Shown: one piece after another, positions 1-7,924 of the stretch | How the letters are laid out: every line of letters starts with the position of its first letter | Numbering within the stretch: position 1 is the first letter of the stretch | Assembly (NCBI GenBank): GCA_043721935.1 | Contig: JAYSPU010000210.1 | Coordinates: 1-44,353, forward strand | DNA from: Bacteroidota bacterium | Lineage (GTDB): Bacteria; Bacteroidota; Bacteroidia; AKYH767-A; 2013-40CM-41-45 | Direction of reading: 5' to 3' | DNA: 44,353 nucleotides | The notes under the pieces: model-generated | The model's input: the letters and a program-made list of their open reading frames with translations, nothing else | What the model was told of the DNA's origin: nothing | Database searches by the model: none | Position numbers and translations under genes: made by a program

Positions 1-56
1 CATCCCGCATCCTTATGGAGTATGTCATCGATGTTTTTAAAGGTTTGTTCGAACAT
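1..56 (-). CDS. 5' end of a gene running off the left edge; possibly an N6-adenine DNA methyltransferase (type I R-M HsdM-like)
   Basis: The reverse complement starts with ATG (54-56) and reads MFEQTFKNIDDILHKDAG with no stop before the window edge. From memory, this N-terminal pattern resembles one class of HsdM-like methyltransferases. Only 18 codons are visible. Confidence 0.3.
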   Translation of the reverse strand, partial: MFEQTFKNIDDILHKDAG

Positions 57-510
57 ATAGTAATTCAATAATGCTTAAAGAGATAGTTGAGTTGGCTACT
101 CTGTTGTTAACGTATAAATATTTTTTGCTATATAAATGATTTCTGCTAAATAACTTTAATAGGCTTACTAATAATCCGACAAGTTATAAAAATTCTAATA
201 ATAGAACGACCAAGTTGAACTAAGTTGACAAAGATAATTTCAATCCGGTTGAAAAAGAATAGAAAATGATCAAACGTTTTCTTTCCGAAATTCGAAAAAG
301 ATAATTATCCAATCAACTAAAGTAGTAATTTTTTAGTCGAATTTCATTCAGGTAAACCAAAAACATCGAAGTGATTAATTAAAGCAATCAAACACCTATA
401 TCATAATTAAAGAAATCAGTTTATTCAAAGAATAAAGAAAACAACGAAACTTAGAGTGAGGCGCAAATTCTATAAAGCAAGCAGGTCAATGCAATAAGCG
501 AGTAGGCAAC

Positions 511-858
511 ATGGAAAAAATCCTAATTGAAATTCTAAAGTATAGCAGCAAGATTTTCACCGAACCAGAATTAGAAAAGAAAGACAAGGCTAATTCGATT
601 ATTTGCGTTGCCACTTACTATAACATAATTGAAGTTATGAAAGACCGTCATATCTTCGACAGGTTTGGTTTTGACCTGCCCAAGCGAGCAAAGCCTGTAA
701 AAAAGGTTCAGTTCGTTACAGCGGTAAAGGAGTGGTTTTATTGCTTTGCAAATACTGATTGGGTGGGGATTGAAGGGGAATTGACTCTTACAGGATTCAC
801 ACCTCCGCCTTTGCTTATATCAATGCTTGAAAATAATGTTGACTTGAAATTAGAGTAG
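511..858 (+). CDS. hypothetical protein (115 aa)
   Basis: ATG ORF, co-directional with the next ORF and 27 nt upstream of it. It is preceded by about 450 nt without ORFs. I recognise no motif. Confidence 0.5.
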   Translation: MEKILIEILKYSSKIFTEPELEKKDKANSIICVATYYNIIEVMKDRHIFDRFGFDLPKRAKPVKKVQFVTAVKEWFYCFANTDWVGIEGELTLTGFTPPPLLISMLENNVDLKLE

Positions 859-885
859 TAAAAATTGAAATAGTATTTTTATACC

Positions 886-1620
886 ATGAACGATTCTGTT
901 GGAAACGCTAAACTAATTATTGGCTATAATCTAATTTCAAATTCACTTAAACACATTTCAGAAGTTGAAAGAGGGATCAATTGTAAGTGCCTTTGTCCCG
1001 AATGCAAGAAACCTTTAATAGCACATCAAGGATTTATAAGAACGCCTCATTTTAAGCATCAAAGTAAGAGTTTATGTAAAGGAGGAAAAGAAACCGCACT
1101 CCATAAATACGGGAAACAAATTTTACTGGAAAATACAAGATTCCATTTCCCAACAATCGGTTTTATTGAATACACCCCTATCAAAAAAGAAGTTGCATTT
1201 GAAGGAATCATACCAGACGTTACTGCAAAATATTTCTCAGAGGATGGAAAGGAGCATTATTTATTTTTCGAAATAGTTGTTACAAATCCAGTCTCTAATG
1301 AGAAGCGTAATTTTTACAAGTTGGGCAAATTTAAAAGTGTTAGTATTGTTATTAATCATCTAATTGATTCAACTAACCAGAATATTATAGATTGTATATT
1401 ATTAGAGAGCCCTAAAAAGGAGAAAATTTATTGGGAAGAAGAAATTGTGTTGGAATCACTACCAATGAGCACAAAGTCAAATGTTTTTAAAATCAAAGGT
1501 CCTGAAAAGAGCACTATTGACTTGGTAGTGCTTGGTAGTATTTTAGCAGTTTTTGTAGGAATAGTATATTTTATTTTAAATAAAAAACCGCCGAAGAAAA
1601 AAAGAAATAGTTTAAAATGA
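886..1620 (+). CDS. CoiA-like nuclease-family protein with C-terminal membrane anchor
   Basis: 244 aa. It has a Cys/His cluster CKCLCPECKKPLIAHQGFIRTPHFKH, then ETALHKYGKQ and IIPDV...LFFEIVV, the layout I associate with the CoiA-like family. The C-terminus has a hydrophobic helix LVVLGSILAVFVGIVYFIL followed by KKPPKKKR. Confidence 0.6.
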   Translation: MNDSVGNAKLIIGYNLISNSLKHISEVERGINCKCLCPECKKPLIAHQGFIRTPHFKHQSKSLCKGGKETALHKYGKQILLENTRFHFPTIGFIEYTPIKKEVAFEGIIPDVTAKYFSEDGKEHYLFFEIVVTNPVSNEKRNFYKLGKFKSVSIVINHLIDSTNQNIIDCILLESPKKEKIYWEEEIVLESLPMSTKSNVFKIKGPEKSTIDLVVLGSILAVFVGIVYFILNKKPPKKKRNSLK

Positions 1621-1740
1621 GTATTTCAGAAAATTTCGCCTATTACATAGTTAATTTATTAGCAAAATCCTTACACTTGAAAATAAATCCAACCTTTTTA
1701 TGATTTGTATGTACAAAAGTATTACTTTCGCACCCAACAT

Positions 1741-1793
1741 GCTCACCCCGCTTCCCGCAAGATCAGCGCGCTCAGGGTGGGCGTTTTATTTTC
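1741..1793 (+). terminator. GC-rich hairpin plus U-tract (terminator or attenuator-like) abutting the abi start codon
   Basis: GCTCACCC (1741-1748) pairs with GGGTGGGC (1775-1782), 8 bp including one G.U that forms only in a plus-strand RNA. It is followed by GTTTTATTTTC. The local GC content is far above background, and the element ends 7 nt before the ATG at 1800. Confidence 0.35.
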
Positions 1794-1799
1794 AGGTAT

Positions 1800-2750
1800 A
1801 TGCCACCAATTCCTTATAATAAACAGCCCCTTACATTTATTAATCAATTAAGCCAACTAAAAACACGTGGCCTAATTGTCAAAAATGAAAAAAAGGCCCT
1901 TCATGTTTTAGAAAAGGTTAGTTACTACAGATTGAGCGGATATTGGTATCCCTTATTGGAGGGAACCACTAGTTCAGATAAAGAAAAACATATTTTTAAA
2001 AAACAAGCTAAATTTGATACTGCTTTTAAACTATATTGTTTTGATAGAGAGTTAAGGCAATTAGTCCAAGCAGAGTTAGAAAAAATTGAAGTTGCAATAA
2101 GAGCTTCAATAATTTATCATTTATCTCAGCGCTCTGGCGCAATGTGGCTTTCTAACTCTTCGCATTTTAAAAGTGCAACTTCATATAACAAGTCTGTATT
2201 AAGCATCACAAATGAATTAGGCCGAAGCGATGAACAATTCATATCTTCATTTAAGCTTAAATATTCGGACCCACTTCCTCCAAGTTGGATGACATTAGAA
2301 ATAACGTCATTTGGAACAGTTTCAATGTTATATAAAAATTTAAAATCTGGCAGGAGGGATATTGCAAATTCATTTGGACTTGATGATAAGACTTTTGCTT
2401 CTTGGCTACATGCAATTGTGTACCTTAGAAATATATGTGCTCACCATTCAAGGCTTTGGAATAAAGTTCTGAGTATAAGCCCGCGTATTCCAACAAGTCC
2501 TCGACAACAATGGCTTAGTAGTACTCCGCCCGCTGATAAAGCATTTATATACCTCTCCATGATTTCCTACTTGTTAAATCAAATCAATCCTCACCATAGA
2601 TTTAAAGTAAAAGTAAGAAGGCTTTTAAGAAAATATCCGAACGTTGATATTACAGCAATGGGCTTTCCTTCAAATTGGAAAAATGAAATACTCTGGAAAA
2701 CAGAAATCATTGATTTTTTACCGAGACGGATTAGAAAACTTTTTAGGTAA
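1800..2750 (+). CDS. Abi_2 family abortive-infection protein (AbiD/AbiF-like, HEPN)
   Basis: 316 aa with YYRLSGYWYP and LRNICAHHSRLWN, signature motifs of the Abi_2 (AbiD/AbiF) family. RNICAH fits the HEPN Rx4H pattern. Confidence 0.85.
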   Translation: MPPIPYNKQPLTFINQLSQLKTRGLIVKNEKKALHVLEKVSYYRLSGYWYPLLEGTTSSDKEKHIFKKQAKFDTAFKLYCFDRELRQLVQAELEKIEVAIRASIIYHLSQRSGAMWLSNSSHFKSATSYNKSVLSITNELGRSDEQFISSFKLKYSDPLPPSWMTLEITSFGTVSMLYKNLKSGRRDIANSFGLDDKTFASWLHAIVYLRNICAHHSRLWNKVLSISPRIPTSPRQQWLSSTPPADKAFIYLSMISYLLNQINPHHRFKVKVRRLLRKYPNVDITAMGFPSNWKNEILWKTEIIDFLPRRIRKLFR

Positions 2751-2875
2751 TGCTATTAATAATTTACACAAATTTGAATTGAAAAGTGTACTTTCACTTT
2801 CGGGGTATTTACCTTCTCTTATGCATTGAATGCAACTTGAGTAATTGAGGATTTGAAAATTGAATAAAAAAATCA

Positions 2876-3799
2876 TTAACCTTGAGCAAAGTGCCAATCA
2901 TTGTATTCAGTTCGATACTCAAGAGGAAGCTCATACTGCGTTCCATCTTTTTCAGTAACTAAAATTGGAAGAACTACATTTGTACTTTTTGCATGATTGC
3001 CATAAAATAAATCAATCGCATTATTAAAAATTATATACTGATTATGTAACAATAGAGTATTATGAAAAATCTTAGCCCATTCATCAAATGTGATCACACT
3101 TAACTGCGATGCAGGATCACCTTTAATAAAATTATTCAAATGAATGTTTCGACCTAGAAAGGAGTAATTTGAATGTGCAATTGAATTTCTTATTTGAGTC
3201 TTGTAAGTTTCTTTTATAAAATCTTCTAAAAATGGCGAATATTTCCGAATTCGATTCCTGATCTTTTTCCTCCATATCTCTTGCCTAGTCCCATTTGCCT
3301 CTGCATCCCTTGAGGAATTTGAAATCTTAAAATACCAATCATATGACTCACCATATAATAATCGGGTCAATTGATAAAATCTTTTAATAAGTAAGTCCGC
3401 TTCCCAAACTTTTAAATAAATCAACATTTCCAGTTGAATAGAATGTTCTTCCTTAAAAATTAATTTCTCAATATCCTCTTTCTTTTCTGGTGACCAAACC
3501 AACTGATTAAGATATTCTGAATGAGTTAATGTATGAAAATTTTCCATTCTGTATTTGTGAATGAACTCATAATGTAAACCTTCAGACTGACCAGCTTGCC
3601 CTACCCCAATTACATGAGGATTGAGCTTAGGTGAATTACGCTCATTCCATTCTAACATTTTCGGATCATAGAAGCCATTAAGATAAACAAGTAGCAAATC
3701 ACCTTTATGGACGGAGTGATGAAAGGCAATCTCTAAAAGCTTAGAAAATTCAGAATCAATCTTTTTTGCATTTTCTGAGAGCATATCCTTGAAAATCAT
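2876..3799 (-). CDS. hypothetical protein with HEPN-like Rx4H motif
   Basis: 307-aa ORF convergent with the abi gene. It contains QIRNSIAHSNYSF (R-x4-H). No signal peptide or TM segment is evident. Confidence 0.5.
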   Translation of the reverse strand: MIFKDMLSENAKKIDSEFSKLLEIAFHHSVHKGDLLLVYLNGFYDPKMLEWNERNSPKLNPHVIGVGQAGQSEGLHYEFIHKYRMENFHTLTHSEYLNQLVWSPEKKEDIEKLIFKEEHSIQLEMLIYLKVWEADLLIKRFYQLTRLLYGESYDWYFKISNSSRDAEANGTRQEIWRKKIRNRIRKYSPFLEDFIKETYKTQIRNSIAHSNYSFLGRNIHLNNFIKGDPASQLSVITFDEWAKIFHNTLLLHNQYIIFNNAIDLFYGNHAKSTNVVLPILVTEKDGTQYELPLEYRTEYNDWHFAQG

Positions 3800-3860
3800 A
3801 ATGGCATACTTTATCTAATAATAGTAAATAACTTTAATTTTATGCAAATTTTTTGCAAAC

Positions 3861-3905
3861 AAAAAAAGGCTTACAAGCATAAAACCTTGTAAGCCTTTGA
3901 TTTTT
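3861..3905 (-). terminator. intrinsic terminator downstream of the tRNA remnant
   Basis: GGCTTACAAG (3868-3877) pairs perfectly with CTTGTAAGCC (3886-3895) around an 8-nt loop. An A7 run lies on one side and a T-rich run on the other, so on the minus strand the stem is followed by TTTTTTT. Confidence 0.7.
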
Positions 3906-3909
3906 CCTG

Positions 3910-3951
3910 TGGGAGCTACAGGGTTCGAACCTGTGACCCTCTGCTTGTAAG
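3910..3951 (-). tRNA. truncated tRNA gene: 3' portion only (anticodon-loop remnant to discriminator); candidate att repeat
   Basis: The reverse complement reads CTTACAAGCAGAGGGTCACAGGTTCGAACCCTGTAGCTCCCA. It has a T-arm ACAGG/TTCGAAC/CCTGT, an acceptor 3' strand AGCTCCC and a discriminator A. There is no D-arm and no complementary GGGAGCT 5' strand in the adjacent 80 nt. The loop CTTACAA would give anticodon UAC (Val), but the identity is uncertain. Confidence 0.6.
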
Positions 3952-4038
3952 GAGGTAGTTAGTACTTGATTGTTGTTTATTGTTACTTTCCATTACTTCG
4001 CAAATGACTGATTTATAGTGTTATATTTTTATATATGC

Positions 4039-4087
4039 TTGCTTACTTATCGTTATTTTTTACTTTTGTTGCAACCATGTTGCAACC
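4039..4087 (+). promoter_or_regulatory. candidate Bacteroidota-type promoter with two palindromic operator-like sites upstream of the integrase
   Basis: TTG lies at 4039-4041 and TACTTTTG (TAnnTTTG -7 box) at 4061-4068, 19 nt apart. The palindrome GTTGCAAC occurs twice (4068-4075 and 4079-4086), 11 bp centre to centre, just before the ATG at 4098. Confidence 0.35.
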
Positions 4088-4097
4088 GAGATAAAAA

Positions 4098-5312
4098 ATG
4101 GCATCTGTAAAACTCAAATTATTTAAAGGCAAGGTACTGAAAAATGGCGAACATCCAATAGTAATTCAATTGATAAAGGATCGCAAACGGAAGGTGATTT
4201 CGACAGGACGGTCTTGTATTGTTGATCATTGGGATGAGAAAGAAGGATTGCCAAAAAAGCAGCATCCCAATCGAATTCAGTTAACCACTTTCCTTTTACA
4301 TAAAAAGAAAGAAGCACATGACTTACACAATACCATTGAAACCGATAAAGGTTCATCCTACTCGATGGAGGAATTTGAAAGGAAATATAGAAACGAGAAT
4401 AAGAAAACTTCTTTCTTTAAATATGTTGATGAATTAATTACAAATTTCATTGCCACTGGACGTGTGGGTAATGCCAAAATTTATAAGGATACCAAAAGAG
4501 AAATTTACAAATTCCGGAACGGCCTTGATTTGGCATTTACCGATATTGATCTTCATTTTCTTAAAAAACTTGAAAATTTTTTCAGGGCACGAGGGTATAA
4601 AGAAAATACGATGAGTGTTTTTTTTAGAACGTTGAGATCCATTTATAATAAAGCCATTATTGAAAATTATGCAAAGAAAAGTCTTTATCCATTTGACATT
4701 TTTAAAGTATCGCAATTTGATACAACAACGCAAAAGAGAGCATTGTCTCAACTAGACATTAAAAGTCTTATTGAATTTAACCCCGCTTTAGATAGTCCGC
4801 TCTTCAAATCATACAACTATTTTATGTTTAGCTTTTATATGATGGGGATGAATTTTCATGACATTGCTTTTTTAGAATGGGATCAGATTAGTTCCGAAAA
4901 ATTATCATACATAAGAGCAAAAACCGGAAAGCATTTTGTAGTAAAGATTCTTCCTCCAGCTCAATCAATAATAGATATTTATAAGTTGGCAAAAAAAGAT
5001 AAATATGTATTTCCGATTTTTAATGAGTTAAAACATACAACTCCGCAATCCAAACACAATAGAATTAAAAAAGTTCTTAAAATGTACAATAAAGATTTGA
5101 AAGAAATTGGAATTGCATTAAATATAGCAACACCTCTGACATCTTATGTCGCACGACATACGTGGGCAACAAGTATGAAAAAGTTAGGGGCATCTATCGG
5201 AATCATCAGCGAAGGTCTTGGACATGATTCTGAAGAAACAACCCAGATCTACCTAGATAGTTTTGGGAACGATGTTATGGATAAGGCGAATGAATTATTG
5301 TTGTCAATTTAA
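4098..5312 (+). CDS. site-specific tyrosine recombinase (phage-integrase family, Bacteroidota type)
   Basis: 404 aa. The C-terminal catalytic region reads YVARHTWATSMKKLGASIGIISEGLGHDSEETTQIYL (R...HxxR...Y pattern). The N-terminus MASVKLKL...GEHPIVIQLIKDRKRK is typical of the arm-binding domain of Bacteroidota integrases. Confidence 0.9.
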   Translation: MASVKLKLFKGKVLKNGEHPIVIQLIKDRKRKVISTGRSCIVDHWDEKEGLPKKQHPNRIQLTTFLLHKKKEAHDLHNTIETDKGSSYSMEEFERKYRNENKKTSFFKYVDELITNFIATGRVGNAKIYKDTKREIYKFRNGLDLAFTDIDLHFLKKLENFFRARGYKENTMSVFFRTLRSIYNKAIIENYAKKSLYPFDIFKVSQFDTTTQKRALSQLDIKSLIEFNPALDSPLFKSYNYFMFSFYMMGMNFHDIAFLEWDQISSEKLSYIRAKTGKHFVVKILPPAQSIIDIYKLAKKDKYVFPIFNELKHTTPQSKHNRIKKVLKMYNKDLKEIGIALNIATPLTSYVARHTWATSMKKLGASIGIISEGLGHDSEETTQIYLDSFGNDVMDKANELLLSI

Positions 5313-5636
5313 TTCATCGCTATTTAAAATACTTAATATTTTTCAAAAAAATTTTTGAAAAACGAAATTAATAAAAGGGCACGCGCCTCAGTTACCGATC
5401 ATATTTTAGGAATGATTTGCTGTTTCCTTTTTTGTGCATAAAATACTAGTCACTCTTTAGAATTGATTTCCTAAAAATAGTTCTATTCGTTTTATACTAT
5501 ATTTGTAAAATGTGCATAATCACAACGGCTCCTAAGCAAAAAAAGTTGGATTCTAGAGTTTCGTATGTCTGGCAGAAAGCATAACCGATTTGATCATGAA
5601 CATTCCTGAGCGAACAAACACTAAATAAAAACGTTT

Positions 5637-6248
5637 ATGATTAACAGAAAAGACCATTGGGAAAAAGTCTATGCAACGAAACAACCCAACGAGGTTAGCT
5701 GGACACAAGAAATTCCGAAAACATCTTTAGACTTCGTGCGAAGTTTTAACTTGGCAAAGACCGCTAACATAATAGATGTGGGTGGTGGAGACAGTAAGTT
5801 GGTTGACTTTTTGCTAAACGAAGGCTATGAAAACATATCGGTCCTTGATATTAGCGAGAAAGCAATAGAACGAGCAAAGCACCGACTTGGCGAAAAAGCA
5901 ACCAAAGTGAATTGGATAGTAAGTGATATAACAGATTTCCATCCGAGAATAGAATACGACTGTTGGCACGACCGAGCAACATTTCATTTCCTAACAAGTT
6001 CGGACGACATCAACAAATACTTAATAATAGCGCGGCAAGCTGTAAAAGGTTACATGACAATCGGAACTTTCTCTGACAAAGGGCCTAAAAAATGTTCTAT
6101 GCTTAACGTTCACCAGTACACCGAAGAGCAATTACAACAGCAACTTCACGACTGTTTTGAGAAACTAAAATGTGTAACTGAAGACCATTCAACACCATTC
6201 AACACAAAACAGAACTTTTTATTTTGCAGCTTCAAAAGAAAGACATAG
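5637..6248 (+). CDS. class I SAM-dependent methyltransferase
   Basis: 203 aa with the SAM-binding motif IIDVGGGDSKLVDFLLNEGYENISVLDIS. The substrate is unknown. Confidence 0.8.
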   Translation: MINRKDHWEKVYATKQPNEVSWTQEIPKTSLDFVRSFNLAKTANIIDVGGGDSKLVDFLLNEGYENISVLDISEKAIERAKHRLGEKATKVNWIVSDITDFHPRIEYDCWHDRATFHFLTSSDDINKYLIIARQAVKGYMTIGTFSDKGPKKCSMLNVHQYTEEQLQQQLHDCFEKLKCVTEDHSTPFNTKQNFLFCSFKRKT

Positions 6249-6320
6249 GGATTCAATTTAAATTAACATTTCCTTTCAAACAATAAATAATTTTATCCAA
6301 ACCTTAAATTTGTCAAAATA

Positions 6321-6347
6321 AAAAAGGAGGGTTAAACCTCCTTTTTT
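6321..6347. terminator. bidirectional intrinsic terminator between convergent genes
   Basis: AAAAAGGAGG-gttaaa-CCTCCTTTTTT: a GGAGG/CCTCC stem with an A-run on one side and a T-run on the other. Confidence 0.6.
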
Positions 6348-6490
6348 GTGATCTAATTTTAATTTGTCATAATCTTATCTACAATATACTTTTCGTGCAA
6401 ATTGTGAAAGTTTTTTGCACTTCAAATTATATTAAAATACAAACTATATCTTTCTGTCCCTATTGAATAATAACACTAACGCATTTCTAA

Positions 6491-7114
6491 TTAGTTATTC
6501 GAATTGAGCCAAATTTGTAAAGTTGTGATTTCCATCTGTTGATCCTGGATCATTTCCTGAGCCATGTCTTTAATCATTTGTACTTGGCCCGATTCTATAA
6601 CTGCCATCGCCATCGTCGTTGCGCTTTGATGATGTGGCATCATTAGATGTGCAAAATCATGATCCGAATCTCCATTCAATGTTTGCGCATCAGCGTTTAT
6701 ATCCATTAGGTGCATCGCTTCCTCAGATTTCATTTCAAAATCTGTCATCATAGGAGTAATTGTGTGTGCCATTATAAATGAATCAAGCCTTCCAATTTCC
6801 ATCATTTGAGAATCCATCATTGCTTGGGCTACAATTCTTATTGTTGAATCATTACCATTTGTTAATTCATATGATGCCATGTCAATTGCACCCATGTGAT
6901 GCATTTTCATCATCATTGCGAAGTCATAATCAGGGTCACCTGTCATCATCATCATATCCATGCTATCAGACATTGCATGCATTCGAATCATCAATTGACT
7001 TGAATGGTCATCAAAAACAACCGGAGTTGTACTATTATTGACAACATCGTTGTCTTTACTGCAAGCAGAAAACATCACAGAAAGGACTGCGGAAATAAAT
7101 ACTAATTTTTTCAT
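6491..7114 (-). CDS. DUF305 family Met/His-rich lipoprotein (putative periplasmic Cu/Ag-binding protein)
   Basis: 207 aa with the lipobox VMFSAC. Two repeats of the DUF305-type pattern are present: FAMMMKMHHMGAIDMA and FAHLMMPHHQSATTMA, each followed by ...Q..EI. By my count it has 34 Met in 207 residues. Confidence 0.8.
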   Translation of the reverse strand: MKKLVFISAVLSVMFSACSKDNDVVNNSTTPVVFDDHSSQLMIRMHAMSDSMDMMMMTGDPDYDFAMMMKMHHMGAIDMASYELTNGNDSTIRIVAQAMMDSQMMEIGRLDSFIMAHTITPMMTDFEMKSEEAMHLMDINADAQTLNGDSDHDFAHLMMPHHQSATTMAMAVIESGQVQMIKDMAQEMIQDQQMEITTLQIWLNSNN

Positions 7115-7420
7115 GTTTTTTATATTTAATTTATAGTGAATAAAATATGTTGATCTTTCAAGAATATTGAAAGGAGAACGCCTAAATTATATTAATAATA
7201 TATGAATCCTTAAAGAGATCCAAAATATCAGAACAATTAAAATGATATAAAGTTTTAATTAAATCTTTTTAATTTTCGACTACGGACGAAATGGGATAAA
7301 AAGCACTTAAAAGTAATTTTCATATACTTCTTTACAACGATCCAACATATCATAATATTCTTGATGCCTTTAACGAATCTCATATAAAGTCCATATAGAG
7401 ACATTGTTTTTAAAGAATTT

Positions 7421-7777
7421 TTAACCAGTTTGCATTTCACTCATCAAACTACATTCAGAGGCACACTTGCGACAAGCTTCTGCACATTTTTTACAATGCT
7501 CTAAGTGTGTGTGCTTTTCACATTCAATTGCACAAGCATTACAAATCTCTGCACATAAATTGCAAAACTTATTTACAAAACTGATAGTGTGCTCGTCAGA
7601 ACGTGCCATGAATGCAGCAGCCATACGACACATATCTGCACAGTAGCGGTCAAGCTCAATACACTCCGCTTGCTTTACAGCATCTTGTTCGTTTGAACAT
7701 GCAGTTGCACAGTGTTCACACTCTGCTGCACAATCATTGCAGGCATCAATGCATGCTTTAAATTTTTCGTGACTCAT
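7421..7777 (-). CDS. four-helix-bundle Cys-rich copper-binding protein (DUF326 family)
   Basis: It has repeated CxxxCxxC-type motifs (CIDACNDCAAECEHCATAC, CADMCRMAA, CNLCAEICNACAIEC, CKKCAEACRKCASEC). I prefer the ATG at 7777 (MSHEKFKAC...) over the ORF-track start at 7831. Confidence 0.85.
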   Translation of the reverse strand: MSHEKFKACIDACNDCAAECEHCATACSNEQDAVKQAECIELDRYCADMCRMAAAFMARSDEHTISFVNKFCNLCAEICNACAIECEKHTHLEHCKKCAEACRKCASECSLMSEMQTG

Positions 7778-7924
7778 AATTGTGTATAATAAAATTATGA
7801 ATAGATTTTCATAAGGCATCAAATTTGGCAATTATCCATGAAAAGTGAGTTACACAATTTTACTAGCTTTTTATATCATTCATAGAATAAATGAAATTCT
7901 GCATTTTCATTTCCAAAAATTTTA

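Noticed and set aside
2644-2829. 61-aa plus-strand ORF overlapping the end of the Abi_2 gene.
   Set aside because: It is an out-of-frame overlap with a supported gene and has no motif.
3910-3990. Possible intact tRNA gene on the minus strand.
   Set aside because: Only the 3' portion is present. The sequence where the D-arm and 5' acceptor strand (GGGAGCT) should lie reads ...ATCAAGTACTAACTACCTCC and cannot pair with the acceptor or anticodon 3' strands.
4123-4751. Track ORFs 4123-4356 and 4434-4751 on the minus strand.
   Set aside because: They lie antisense and entirely inside the well-supported integrase gene. Their composition is low-complexity and they carry no motifs.
5313-5636. Possible riboswitch or leader upstream of the SAM-dependent methyltransferase. 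Features seen: palindrome TTTCAAAAA/TTTTTGAAA at 5341-5360, inverted repeat TTTTAGGAA/TTCCTAAAA at 5404-5412 and 5468-5476, direct repeat TGTGCATAA, and a TATATTTG box.
   Set aside because: I cannot match it to any SAM or other riboswitch consensus. The pairings are short and AT-rich, at a level expected by chance in this composition. They may be promoter or integrase-arm elements, but this is not supportable from sequence alone.
7255-7440. 61-aa minus-strand ORF overlapping the 3' end of the DUF326 gene.
   Set aside because: It is basic and low-complexity with no motif, overlaps a supported gene, and lies in an AT-rich spacer where such ORFs arise by chance.
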